Shown one piece after another: positions 14,501 to 29,880 of a DNA stretch of 64,000 bases; position 1 is the stretch's first letter, and each line of letters opens with the position of its first letter. Made by a program: the position numbers and the translations under genes. Origin of the DNA: the human T2T-CHM13v2.0 reference genome, Homo sapiens. The stretch lies in NCBI RefSeq assembly GCF_009914755.1, contig NC_060933.1. One strand, given 5' to 3'. Under the pieces are notes generated by a model. The model was not told the origin of the DNA and did no database searches. It saw nothing but the letters and a program-made list of their open reading frames with translations.

Positions 14501-17500
14501 GGAATGGAATGAAATGGAATGGAACGGAATGGAATGGAATGGAATGGATTCAACTTGAATGGAATGGAAAGAATGGAATCAACACGAGTGGAATGGCATG
14601 GATTGGAATGGAATGGAATGGAATCAACCCATGTACAGGGGAATGGAATGGAATGGAATGTAATGCAATGGAATGGAATCATCCGTAATGGAAAGGCAAG
14701 GAAAGGAATGGAATGGAATGGAATGGAATGGAATGGAATGGAATCAACTCGATTGCAATCGAATGGAATGGAATGGGATTAACCCGAATAGAATGCAATG
14801 CAATGGAGTGGAACGGAACTGAACGGAACGGAATGGAATGGAATGGAATGGAATGAAACGGAACGGATCGGAACGGAATGGAATGGAATGGAATGGAATG
14901 GAATGGAATGGAATGGAATCAACGTGAGTGCAGGGTAATGGAATGGAATGGAATGCAATGGAATGGAATCTTCCGGAATGGAATGGAATGGAATGGAATG
15001 GAATGCAATGGATTCAACTCGATTTCAATGGAATGGAATAGAATGGAATGGAATGGAATGGAATGGAATGGAATTAACCCGAATAGAATGGAATGGAATG
15101 GAATGGAACGGAACGGAACGGAATGGAATGGAATGGAATGGAATGGAATGGAATGGATTTGAATGGAATGGATTGGTACGGAATAGAATGGAATGGAAAG
15201 AATTAGAATGGAATGGAATGGAATGGAATGGAATGGAATCAACCTGAGTACAGGGGAATGTAATGGAACGGAATGCAATGGAATGGAATCATCCGGAATG
15301 GAATGGAATGGAATGGAATGGAATGGAATGGAATGGAATGGAATCAACCCGAGTGCAATGGAATGGAGTGGAATGGAATGGAATGGAATGGAACAACCCG
15401 AATGGAAAGGAATGTAATGGAGAGTAAGGGAGTTGAATAGAATCAATCCGAATGTAATGGAATGGAATGGAATGGAATGGAATGGAATGGAATGGAATGG
15501 AATGCAATGGAATGGAATCAACCCGAGTACAATGGAATGGAATGGAATGGAATGGAATGGAATGGAATGGAATGGAATGGAATGGAATCAACCCGAGTGC
15601 GATGGAATGGAGAGGAATGGAATGGAATGCAATGGAAACTACCCGAATGTAATGGAATGTAATGGAGTGTAAGGGAATTGAATAGAATCAATCCGAATGG
15701 AATGGAATGGAATGGAACGGAATGGAATGGAAGGGAATGGAATGGAATCAACCCGAGTGCAGGGGAATGGAATGGAATGGAATGCAATGGAATGGAATCA
15801 TCCGAAATGGAATGGAATGGAATGGAATGGAATGGAATGGAATGGTACGGAATAGAATGGATTGGAAAGAAATGGAACGGAATGGAATGGAATGGAATGG
15901 AATGGAATGGAATGGAATCGTTCCGAGTGGAATAGGAGGGAATCTATTCGAGTGGAATGGAAAGGAATGGAATCAACCAGAGTGGAATGGAATGGAATGG
16001 AATGGAATGGAATTGAATGGAATGGAATGCAATGGAATGAAATCAACCCGAGTACAATGGAATGGAATGGAATGGAATGGAATGGAATGGAATGGAATGG
16101 AATGGAATGGAATCAACTCGATTGCAATCGAATGGAATGGAATGGAATTAACCCGAATAGAATGGAATGGAACGTAATGGAACGGAACGGAATGGAATGG
16201 AATGGAATGGAATGGAACGGAAAGGAATGGAATGGAATGGAATGGAATGGAAACAACGCGAGTGCAGGGGAATGGAATGGAATCAAACGGAATGGAATGG
16301 AATCAACCCGATTGCAGGGGAATGTAATGGAACGGAATGCAATGGAATGGAATCATCCGGAATGGAATGGAATGGAATGGAATGGAATGGAATGGAATGG
16401 AATCAACGCGAGTGCAGGGGAATGGAATGGAATGGAATGCAATGGAATGCAATCTTCCGGAATGGAATGGAATGGAAAGGAATGGAATACAATGCAATGG
16501 ATTCAACTCGATTACAATGGAATGGAATAGAATGCAATGGAATGGAATGGAATGGAATTAACCCAAATAGAATGGAATGGAATGGAATGGAAAGGAATGG
16601 AATGGAATGGAATGGAATGGAATGGAATGGAATGGAATGGAATAGAATCAACGCGAGTGCAGGGGAATGAAATGGAATGGAATGCAATGGAATGGAATCA
16701 TCCGAAATGGAATGGAATGGAATGGAATGGAATGGAATGGAATGGAATCAACCCGAGTGCAATGGAATGGAGTGGAATGGAATGGAATGGAATGGAACAA
16801 CCCGAATGGAATGGAATGTAATGGAGAGTAAGGGAGTTGAATAGAATCAATCCGAATGTAATGGAATGGAATGCAACGGAATGGAATGGAATGGAATGGA
16901 ATGCAATGGAATGGAATCAACCCGAGTACAATGGAATGGAATGGAATGGAATGGAATGGAATGGAATAGAATGGAATGGAATGTAAAGGAACTGAATGGA
17001 ATGGAATGACTTCAAACCGAATGGAATGGAAAGGAATGGAATCAACACAAGTGGAATGGAATGGAATGGAATGGAATGGAATGGAATGGTACGGAATAGA
17101 ATGGAATGGAACGAAATGGAATGGAATGGAATGGAATGGAATGGAATGGAATGGAATTGAATGGAATGGAATCGTTCCGAGTGGAATAGGAGGGAATGTA
17201 TTCGAGTGGAATAGAAAGGAAAGGAATCAACCAGAGTGGAATGTAAGGGAATGGAATGGAATGGAAACTAATAGAGTGGAATCAACCCGAGTGGAATGGA
17301 ATGGAAAGGACTGAATGGAATGGAATGGAATGGAATGGAATGGAATGGAATCAACTCGATTGTAATGGAATGGAATGGAATGGAATGGAAAGGAATTGAA
17401 TGGAATGGAATGGCTTCAAAACGAATGGAATGGAAAGGAATGGAATCAACACGAGTGGAATGGAATGGAATGTAATGCAATGGAATGGAATGGAATGGAA

Positions 17501-20500
17501 TCGTACAGAATAGAATGGAATGGAACGAAATGAAATGGAATGGAATGGAATGGAATGGAATGGAATGGAATGGAATGGAAAGGAATGGAATCGTTCCGAG
17601 TGGAATAGGAGGGAATGTATTCGAGTGGAATGGAAAGGAATGGAATCAACCAGCGTGGAATGGAAGGGAATGGAATGGAATGGAAACTAATAGAATGGAA
17701 TCAACCCGAGTGGAATGGAATGGAAAGGACTGAATGGAATGGAATGGAATGGAATGGAATGGAATGGAATGGAATGGAATCAACTCGATTGTAATGGAAT
17801 GGAATGGAATGGAAGGGAATGGAATGGAATTAACCCTAATAGAATGGAATGGAATGGAATGGAAAGGAATGGAATGGAATGGAATGGAATGGAATGGAAT
17901 GGAATCAACGCGAGTACAGGGGAATGGAATGGAATGGAATGCAATGGAATGGAATCTTCCGGAATGGAATGGAATGGAATGGAATGGAATGGAATGCAAT
18001 GGATTCAACTCGATAGCAATGGAATGGAATAGAATGGAATGGAATGGAATGGAATGGAAAGGAATAGAATGGAATCAACCCGAGTGGAATGGAATGGAAA
18101 GGACTGGAATGGAGTGGAATGGAATGGAATGGAATGGAATGGAATCAACTCGATTGGATTGGAATGGAATGGAATGGAATGGAATGGAATGGAATGGAAT
18201 GGAATTAACCCGAATAGAATGGAATGGAACGGAATGGAACGGAAAGGAACGGAACGGAACGGAATGGAATGGAATGGAGTGGAGTGGAATGGAATTGAAT
18301 GGAATCAACCCGACTGCAGGGGAATGGAAAAGAATGGAATGCAATGGAATGGAATCATCCGGAACGGAATGGAATGGAATGGAATGGAATCAACTCGATT
18401 GCAATGGAATGGAATGGAATGGAATGGAATGGAATGGAATGGAGTTAACCCGAATAGAATGGAATGGAATGAAATGGAATGGAATGGAATCGGATGGAAT
18501 GCAATGGTACGGAATAGAATGGAATGGAATGAAATGTAATGGAATGGAATGGAATGAAATGGAGTGGAATTGAATGGAATGAACTCGTGTGCAATAGAAT
18601 GGAATGGAATGGAATGGAATGGATTCAACTCGAATGGAATCAACTCGATTGCAATGGAATGGAATGGAATGGAAAGGAATAGAATGGAATCAACCCGAGT
18701 GGAATGGAATGGAAAGGACTGGAATGGAGTGGAATGGAATGGAATGGAATTAACCCGAATAGAATGGAATGGAATGGAATGGAACGGAATGGAATGGAAT
18801 GGAATGGAATGGAATCAACCCGAGTGCAGGGGAATGGAATGAAATGGAATGCAATGGAATGGAATCATCCGAAATGGAATGGAATGGAATGGAAAGGAAT
18901 GGAATGCAATGCAATGGAATGGAATGGAATGGAATTGAATGGAATGGAATGGAATCAACTCGATTGTAATGGAATGGAATGGAATGGAATGGAATGGAGT
19001 GGAATCGAATTAACCCGAATACAATGGAATGGAATGGAATGGAACGGAATGGAATGGAATGGAATGGAATCAACCCGAGTGCAGGGGAATAGAATGGAAT
19101 GGAATGCAATGGAATGGAATCATGCGGAATGGAATGGAATGGAATGGAATGGAATGCAAAGCAATGAAATCAACTCGATTGCAATGGAATGGAATGGGAT
19201 GGAAAGGAATAGAATGGAATCAACCCGAGAGGAATGGAATGGAAAGGAATGGAATGGAGTGGAATGGAATGGAATGGAATGGAATGGAATGGAATCAACT
19301 CGATTGTATTGGAATGGAAAGGAATGGAATGGAATGAAATGGAATGGATTTAACCAGAATAGAATGGAATGGAATGGAATGGAACGGAATGGAATGGAAT
19401 GGAATGGAATGGAATGGAATGGAATCAACCCGACTGAAGGGGAATGGAATGGAATGGAATGCAATGGAATGGAATCATCCGGAACGGAATGGAATGGAAT
19501 GGAATGGAAAGGAATGGAATGGAATGCAATGGATTCAACTCGATTGCAATGGAATGGAATAGAATGGAATGGAATGGAATGGAATGGAATGGAATGGAAT
19601 GGAATGGAATGGAATTAACCTGAATGGAATGGAATGGAATGGAATGGAAAGGAATGGAAGGGAATGGAATGGAATGGAATGGAATGGAATGGTATGGAAT
19701 GGAATGGAATGGAATGGTAAGGAATAGAATGGAATGGAACGAATTGGAATGGAATGGAATCGAATGGAATGGAATGCAATGGAATGAAATCATCCGGAAT
19801 GGAATGGAATGGAATGGAATGGAATGGAATGGAATTGAATGGAATGGAATGGAATCAACTCGAGTGCAATGGAATGGAGTGGAATGGAATGGAATGGAAT
19901 GGAACAACCCGAATGGAATGGAATGTAATGGAGAGTAAGGGAGTTGAATAGAATCAATCCGAATGCAATGGAATGGAATGGAACGGAATGGAATGGAATG
20001 GAATGGAATGGAATGGAATGCAATGGAATGGAATCAACCCGAGTACAATGGAATGGAATGGAATGGAATGGAATGGAATGGAATGGAATAGAATGGAATG
20101 GAAAGGAATTGAATGGAATGGAATGACTTCAAACCGAATGGAATGGAAAGGAATGGAATCAACACGAGTGGAATGGAATGGAATGGAATGCAATGGAATG
20201 CAATGGTACGGAATAGAATGGAATGGAACGAAATGGAATGGAATGGAATGGAATGGAATGGAATGGAATGGAATCGTTCCGAGTGGAATAGGAGGGAATG
20301 TATTCGAGTGGAATGGAAAGGAATGGAATCAACCAGAGTGGAATGGAAGGGAATGGAATGGAATGGAAACTAATAGAATGGAATCAACCCGACTGGAATG
20401 GAATGGAAAGGACTGGAATGGAATGGAATGGAATGGAATGGATTCAACTCGATTGTAATGCAAAGGAATGGAATGGAATGGAATGGAATGCAGTGGAATG

Positions 20501-23500
20501 GAATGGAATCAACCAGAGTGCAGGGGAATGGAATGGAATGGAATGCAATGGAATGGAATCATCCGGAATGGAATGGAATGGAATGGAATGCAAAGCAATG
20601 GAATCAACTCGATTGCAATGGAATGAAATGGAATGGAAAGGAATAGAATGGAATCAACCCGAGTGGAATGGAATGGAAAGGAATGGAATGGAGTGGAATG
20701 GAATGGAATGGAATGGAATGGAATGGAATCAACTCGATTGGAATGGAATGGAATGGAATGGATTGGAATGGAATGGAATGGAATGGAATGCAATGGATTC
20801 AACTCGATTGCAATGGATTGTAATAGAATGGAATGGAATGGAATGGAATGGAATTAACCCGAATAGAAAGGAATGGAATTGAATGGAACGGAACGGAACG
20901 GAACGGAACGGAATGGAATGGAATGGAATGGAATGGAATGCAATTGTATGGAATGGAATGGAATGGTAGGGAATAGAATGGAATGGAAAGAATTGGAATG
21001 GAATGGAATCGAATGGAATGGAATGGAATCAACCCGACTGCAGGGGAATGTAATGGAACGAAATGCAAAGGAATGGAAACATCCGGAATGGAATGGAATG
21101 GAATGGAATGGAATGGAATGGAATGGAATGGAATGGAAATATCCCGAATAGAATGGAATGGAATGGAATGGAACGGAACGGAATGGAATGGAATGGAATG
21201 GAATGGAATTGAATGGAATGGAATGGAATGGAATGGAATCAACCCGACTGCAGGGAAATGGAATGGAATGGAATGCAATGGAATGGAATCATCCGGAACG
21301 GAATGGAATGGAATGGAATGGAATCAACTCGATTGCAATGGAATGGAAAGGAATGGAATGGAATGGAATGGAATGGAATGGAATGGAATGGAATGGAATG
21401 GAATTAAACCGAAAAGAATGGAATGGAATAGAATGGAATGGAATGGAATGGAATGGAATGGAATCAACTCGATTTCAATGGAATGGAATGGAATACAATG
21501 GAATGGAATTAAGACGAATAGAATGGAATGGAATGGAATGGAATGGAAGAGAAAGGAATGGAATGGAATGGAATGGAATCAACCCAAGTGCAGGGGAATG
21601 GAATGGAATGGAATTCAATGGAATGGAATCATCCGGAATGAAATGGAATGGAATGAAATGTAATGTAATGTAATGGAATGGAATGGAATCAACCCGAGTG
21701 CAATGGAATGGAGAGGAATGGAATGGAATGGAATGGAAACTACCCGAATGGAATGGAATGTAATGGAGTGTAAGGGAATTGAATAGAATCAATCCGAATG
21801 TAATGGAATGGAATGGAACGGAATGGAATGGAATGGAATGGAATGGAATGGAATGCAATGGAATGGAATCAACCCGAGTACAATGGAATGGAATGGAATG
21901 GAATGGAATGGAATGGAATGGAATGGAATGGAATCAACTCGATTGCAATCGAATGGAATGGAATGGAATTAACCCGAATAGAATGGAATGGAACGGAATG
22001 GAACGGAACGGAATGGAATGGAATGGAATGGAATGGAACGGAAAGGAATGGAATGGAATGGAATGGAATGGAATGGAATAGAATGGAATGGAATGGAATC
22101 AAAGCGAATGCAGGGGAATGGAATGGAATCAAATGGAATGGAATGGAATCAACCCGAGTGCCGGGGAATGTAATGGAACGGAATGCAAAGGAATGGAATC
22201 ATCCGGAATGGAATGGAATGGAATGGAATGGAATGGAATGGAATGGAATGGAGTGGAATGGAATGGAATGGAATGGAACAACCCGAATGGAATGGAATGT
22301 AATGGAGAGTAAGGGAGTTGAATAGAATCAATCCGAATATAATGGAATGGAATGGAACGGAATGGAATGGAATGGAATGGAATGGAATGGAATGGAATGG
22401 AATGGAATGGAATCAACCCGAGTACAATGGAATGGAATGGAATGGAATGGAATGGAATGGAATGGAATGGAAATGAAATGAATGGAATCAAGCCAAGTGC
22501 AATGGAATGGAGAGGAATGGAATGGAATGGAATGGAATGAAATGGAAAGGAATTGAATGGAATGGAATGACTTCAAACAGAATGGAATGGAAAGGAATGG
22601 AATCAACACGAGTGGAATGGAATGTAATGGAATGGAAGGGAATGGAATGGTACGGAATACAATGGAATAGAACGAAATGGAATGGAATGGAATGGAATGG
22701 AATGGAGTGGAATGGAATCGTTCCGAGTGGAATAGGAGGGAATGGATTCGAGTGGAATGGAAAGGAATGGAATCAACCCGAGTGGAATGGAATGGAAAGG
22801 ACTGGAATGGAATGGAATGGAATGGAATGGAATGGAATCAACTCGATTGTAAAGGAATGGAATGGAATGGAATGGAATGGAATGGAATGGAATGGAATCA
22901 ACCCGAGTGCAGGGGAATGGAATGGAATGGAATGCAATGGAATGGAATCATCCGGAATGGAATGGAATGGAATGGAATGCAAAGCAATGGAATCAACTCG
23001 ATTGCAATGGAATGGAATGGAATGGAAAGGAATAGAATGGAATCAACCTGAGTGGAATGGAATGGAAAGGACTGGAATGGAGTGGAATGGAATGGAATGG
23101 AATGGAATGGAATCAACTCGATTTGATTGGAATGGAATGGAATGGAATGGAATGGAATGGAATGGAATGGAATTAACCCGAATAGAATGGAATGGAATGG
23201 AATGGAACGGAATGGAATGGAATGGAATGGAATGGAATGGAATGGAATGGAATCAACCCGACTGAAGGGGAATAGAATGGAATGGAATGCAATGGAATGG
23301 AATCATCCGGAACGGAATGGAATGGAATGGAATGGAAACGAATGGAATGGAATGCAATGGATTCAACTCGATTGCAATGGAATGGAATAGAATGGAATGG
23401 AATGGAATGGAATGGAATTAACCCGAATGGAATGGAATGGAATGGAATGGAAAGGAATGGAATGGAATGGAATGGAATGGAATGGAATGGAATGGTATGG

Positions 23501-26500
23501 AATGGAATGGAATGGAATGGAATGGTAAGGAATTGAATGGAATGGAACGAATTGGAATGGAATGGAATCGAATGGAATGGAATGCAATGGAATGGAATCA
23601 TCCGGAATGGAATGGAATGGAATGGAATCAACCCGAGTGCAATGGAATGGAGTGGAATGGAATGGAATGGAATGGAACAACCCGAATGGAAAGGAATGTA
23701 ATGGAGGGTAAGGGAGTTGAATAGAATCAATCCGAATGCAATGGAATGGAATGGAACGGAATGGAATGGAATGGAATGGAATGGAATGCAATAGAATGGA
23801 ATCAACCCGAGTACAATGGAATGGAATGGAATGGAATGGAATGGAATAGAATGGAATGGAATAGAATGGAATGGAAAGGAATTGAATGGAATGGAATGAC
23901 TTCAAATCGAATGGAATGGAAAGGAATGGAATCAACACGAGTGGAATGGAATGGAATGGAATGCAATGGAATGCAATGGTACGGAATAGAGTGGAATGGA
24001 ACGAAATTTAATGGAATGGAATGGAATGGAATGGAATGGAATGGAATGGAATGGAATAGAATGGAATGGAATCGTTCCGAGTGGAATAGGAGGGAATGTA
24101 TTCGAGTGGAATGGAAAGGAATGGAATCAACCAGAGTGGAATGGAAGGGAATGGAATGGAATGGAAACTAATAGAATGGAATCAACCCGAGTGGAATGGA
24201 ATGGAAAGGACTGGAATGGAATGGAATGGAATGGAATGGAATCAACTCGATTGTAATGGAATGGAATGGAATGGAGTGGAACTAACCCGAATACAATGGA
24301 ATGGAATGGAATGGAACGGAATGGAGTGGAAAGGAATGGAATCAACCCGAGTGCAGGGGAATGGAATGGAATGGAATGCAATGGAATGGAATCATCCGGA
24401 ATGGAATGGAATGGAATGGAATGCACAGCAATGGAATCAACTCGATTGCAATGGAATGGAATGGAATGGAAAGGAATAGAATGGAATCAACCCGAGTGGA
24501 ATGGAATGGAAAGGACTGGAATGGAGTGGAATGGAATGGAATGCAATGGAATGGAATCAACTCGATTGGATTGGAATGGAATGGAATGGAATGGAATGGA
24601 ATGGAATGGAATTAACCCGATTAGAATGGAATGGAATGGAATGGAACGGAACGGAACGGAACGGAACGGAACGGAATGGAATTGAATGGAATGGAATGGA
24701 ATGGAATGGAATGGAATCAACCCGACTGCAGCGGAATGGAATGGAATGGAATGCAATGGAATGGAATCATCCGGAACGGAATGGAATGGAATGGAATGGA
24801 ATCAACTCGATTGCAATGGAATGGAATGGAATGGAATGGAATGGAATGGAATGGAATGGAATGGAATTAACACGTGTGCAATGGAATGGAATGGAATGGA
24901 TTCAAATCGAATGGAATCAACTCGATTGCAATGGAATGGAATGGAATGGAAAGCAATAGAATGGAATCAACCCGAGTGGAATGAAATGGAAAGGACTGGA
25001 ATGGAGTGGAATGGAATGGAATGGAATTAACCCGAATAGAATGGGATGGAATGGAATGGAACGGAATGTAATGGAATGGAATGGAATGGAATCAACCCGA
25101 GTGCAGGGGAATGGAATGGAATGGAATGCAATGGAATGGAATCATCCGAAATGGAATGGAATGGAATGGAAAGGAATGGAATGCAATGCAATGGAATGGA
25201 ATGGAATGGAATGGAATGGAATGGAATCAATTCGATTTCAATGGAATGGAATGGAATAGAATGGAATGGAATGAACACGAATAGAAAGGAATGGAATGAA
25301 AGGGAATGGAACAGAACGCAATGGAATGGAATGGAATGGAATCAACCCAAGTGCAGGGGAATGGAATGGAATGGAATTCAATGGAATGGAATCATTCGGA
25401 ATGGAATGGAATGGAATGGCATGGAATGGAATGGAATGGAATCAACTCGATTGCAATCGAATGGAATGGAATGGAATTAACCGGAATAGAATGGAATGGA
25501 ATGGAATGGAACGGAACGGAAAGGAATGGAATGGAATGGAATGGAATGGAATGGAATGGAATGGAACGGAACGGAACGGAATGGAATGGAATGGAATGGA
25601 ATGGAATGGAATCAACCCGACTGCAGGGGAATGGAATCGATTGGAATGCAGGGGAATGGAATGGAATGGAATGCAATGGAATGGAATCATCCGGAATGGA
25701 ATGGAATGGAATGGAATGCAAAGCAATCGAATCAACTCGATTGCAATGGAATGGAATGGAATGGAAAGGAATAGAATGGAATCAACCCGAGTGGAATGGA
25801 ATGGAAAGGACTGGAATGGAGTGGAATGGAATGGAATAGAATGGAATGGAATGGAATCAACTCGATTGGAATGGAATGCAATGGAATGGAATGGAATGGA
25901 ATGGAATGGAATTAACCCTAATAGAATGGAATGGAATTGAATGGAAAGGAATGGAATGGAATGGAATGGAATGGAATGGAATCAACGCGAATGCAGGGGA
26001 ACGGAATGGAATGGAATGCAATGGAATGGAATCTTCCGGAATGGAATGGAATGGAATGGAATGGAATGCAATGGTTTCAACTCGATTGCAATGAAATGGA
26101 ATAGAATGGAATGGAATGGAATGGAATGGAATTAACACGAATAGAATGGAATGCAATGGAATGGAACGGAACGGAACGGAACGGAACGGAATGGAATGGA
26201 ATGGAATGGAATGCAATTGTATGGAATGGAATGGAATGGTACGGAATAGAATTGAATGGAAAGAATTGGAATGGAATGGAATTGAATGGAATAGAATGGT
26301 ATGGAATTGAATCAACCCGAGTGCAGGGGAATGTAATGGAAGGGAATGCAATGGAATGGAATCATCCGGAATGGAATGGAATGGAATGGAATCAACCCGA
26401 GTGCAATGGAATGGAGTGGAATGGAATGGAATGGAATGGAACAACCCGAATGGAATGGAATGTAATGGAGAGTAAGGGAGTTGAATAGAAACAATCCGAA

Positions 26501-29500
26501 TATAATGGAATGGAATGGAATGGAATGGAATGCAATGGAATGCAAAGGAATGGAATCAACCCGACTGAAATCGAATAGAATCGAATGGAATGGAATGCAA
26601 TGGAATGGATTCAACATGAATGGAAAGGAAAGAATGGAATCAACAGGAGTGGAATGGCATGGATTGGAATGGAATGGAATGGAATCAACCCGAGTACAGG
26701 GGAATGGAATGGAATGGAATGCAATGGAATGGAAACATCTGTAATGGAATGGAAAGGAATGGAATGGAATGGAATGGAATGGAATGGAACGGAACGGAAC
26801 GGAACGGAACGGAATGGAATGGAATGGAATGGAATGGAACGGAACGGAACGGAACGGAACAGAATGGAATGGAATGGAATGGAATGGAATGGAATCAAAG
26901 CGAGTGCAGGGGAATGGAATGGAATGGAATGCAATGGAATGGAATCTTCCGGAATGGAATGGAATGGAATGGAAAGGAATGGAATGCAATGCAATGGATT
27001 CAGCGCGATTGCAATGGAATGGAATAGAATGGAATGGAATGGAATGGAATGGAATGGAATTAACCCAAATAGAATGGAATGGAATGGAAAGGAATGGAAT
27101 GGAATGGAATGGAATGGAATGGAATGGAATGGAATGGAATGGAATGGTATGGAATGGAATGGAATGGAATGGTACGGAATAGAATGGAATGGAAAGAATT
27201 GGAATGGAATGGAATCGAATGGAATGGAATGCAATGGAATAGAATCAACGCGAGTGCAAGGGAATGAAATGGAATGGAATGCAATGGAATGGAATCATCC
27301 GAAATGGAATGGAATGGAATGGAATGGAATGGAATGGAATGGAATGGAATCAACCCGAGTGCAATGGAATGGAGTGGAATGGAATGGAATGGAATGGAAC
27401 AACCCGAATGGAATGGAATGTAATGGAGAGTAAGGGAGTTGAATAGAATCAATCCGAAGGTAATGGAATGGAATGGAACGGAATGGAATGGAATGGAATG
27501 GAATGCAATGGAATGGAATCAATCCGAGTACAATGGAATGGAATGGAATGGAATGGAATGGAATGGAATGGAATGGAACTGAATGGAATGGAATGACTTC
27601 AAACCAAATGGAATGGAAAGGAATGGAATCAACACCAGTGGAATGGAATGGAATGGAATGGAATGGAATGGAATGGAATGGTACGGAATAGAATGGAATG
27701 GAACGAAATGGAATGGAATGGAATGGAATGGAATGGAATGGAATGGAATGGAATGGAATTAACCCGAATAGAATGGAATGGAATGGAATGGAAAGGAATG
27801 GAAGGGAATGGAATGGAATGTAATCAACCCGAGTGCAGGGGAATGGAATGGAATGGAATGCAATGGAATGGAATCATCCGGAATGGAATGGAATGGAATG
27901 GAATGCAATCAACCCGATGCAATGGAATGGAGCGGAATGGAATGGAATGGAATGGAAACATCCCGAATGGAATGGAATGTAATGGAGTGTAAGGGAATTG
28001 AATAGAATCTATCCGAATGGAATGGAATGGAATGGAATGAAATGGAATGTAATGGAATGGAATGGAATCAACCCGAGTGCAATGGAATGGATTCGAGTGG
28101 AATGGAATGGAATGGAATGGATTCAAGAAGAATGGAATGGAAAGGAATGGAATCAACCCGAGTGTAATGGGATGGAATGGAATGGAATGGAATGGGATGG
28201 AATGGAATGGTACGGAATAGAATGGAATGGAATGAAATGGAATGGAATGGAATGGAATGAAATGGAGTGGAATGGAATGGAATGAACCCGTGTGCAATGG
28301 AATGGAATGGAATGGAATGGAATGGAATGGAATGGATTCAACTCGAATGGAATCAACTCGATTGCAATGGAATGGAATGGAATGGAAAGGAATAGAATGG
28401 AATCAACCCGAATGGAATGGAATGGAAAGGACTGGAATGGAGTGGAATGGAATTGAATGGAATTAACCCGAATAGAATGGAATGGAATGGAATGGAACGG
28501 AATGTAATTGTATGGAATGGAATGGAATCAACCCGAGTGCAGGGGAGTGGAATGGAAGGGAATGCAATGGAATGGAATCATCCGGAATGGAATGGAATGG
28601 AATGGAATGGAATCAACTCGATTTCAATGGAATGGAATGGAATAGACTGGAATGGAATTAACACGAATAGAATGGAATGGAATGGAATGGAACAGAAAGG
28701 AATGGAATGGAATGGAATGGAATCAACCCAAGAGCAGAGGAATGGAATGGAATGGAATGGAATGGAATGGAATGGAATGGAATGGAATGGAATGGAATGG
28801 AATGGAATGGAATCAACCCGAGTGCAATGGAATGGAGAGGAAGGGAATGGAATGGAATGGAAACTACCCGCATGGAATGTAATGTAATGGAGTGTAGGGG
28901 AATTGAATAGAATCAATCCGAATGGAATGGAATGGAATGGAATGGAATGGAATGGAATCAACGCGAGTGCAGGGGAATGGAATGGAATGGAATGCAATGG
29001 AATGGAATCTTCCGGAATGGAATGGAATGGAATGGAATGGAATGGAATGGAATGCAATGGATTCAACTCGATTGCAATGGAATGGAATAGAATGGAATGG
29101 AATGGAATGGAATGGAATTAACCCGAATAGAATGGAATGGAATGGAATGGAACGGAACGGAAAGGAACGGAATGGAACGGAATGGAATGGAATGGAATGG
29201 AATGGAATTTTATGTAACGGAAAGGAATGGTACGGAATTGAATGGAATGGAAAGAATTGGAATGGAATGGAATGGAATGGAATGGAATGGAATGGAATGG
29301 AATCAACCCGAGTGCAGGGGAATGTAATGGAACGGAATGCAATGGAATGGAATCATCCGGAATGGAATGGAATGGAATGGAGTGGAATGGAATGGAATGG
29401 AATCAACCTGAGTGCAATGGAATGGAGTGGAATGGAATGGAATGGAATGGAACACCCCGAATGGAAAGGAATGTAATGGAGAGTAAGGGAGTTGAATAGA

Positions 29501-29880
29501 ATCAATCCGAATGTAATGGAATGGAATGGAATGGAATGGAAAGGAATGGAATGGAATGGAATGCAATGGAATGGAATCAACCCGAGTACAATGGAATGGA
29601 ATGGAATGGAATGGAATGGAATGGAATGGAATGGAATCAACCTGAGTGCAATGGAATGGAGTGGAATGGAATGGAATGGAATGGAACAACCCGAATGGAA
29701 TGGAATGTAATGGAGAGTAAGGGAGTTGAATAGAATCCATCCGAAAGTAAAGGAATGGAATGGAACGGAATGGAATGGAATGGAATGGAATGGAATGGAA
29801 TGCAATGGAATGGAATCAACCCGAGTACAATGGAATAGAATGGAATGGAATGGAATGGAATGGAATGGAATGGAATGGAA

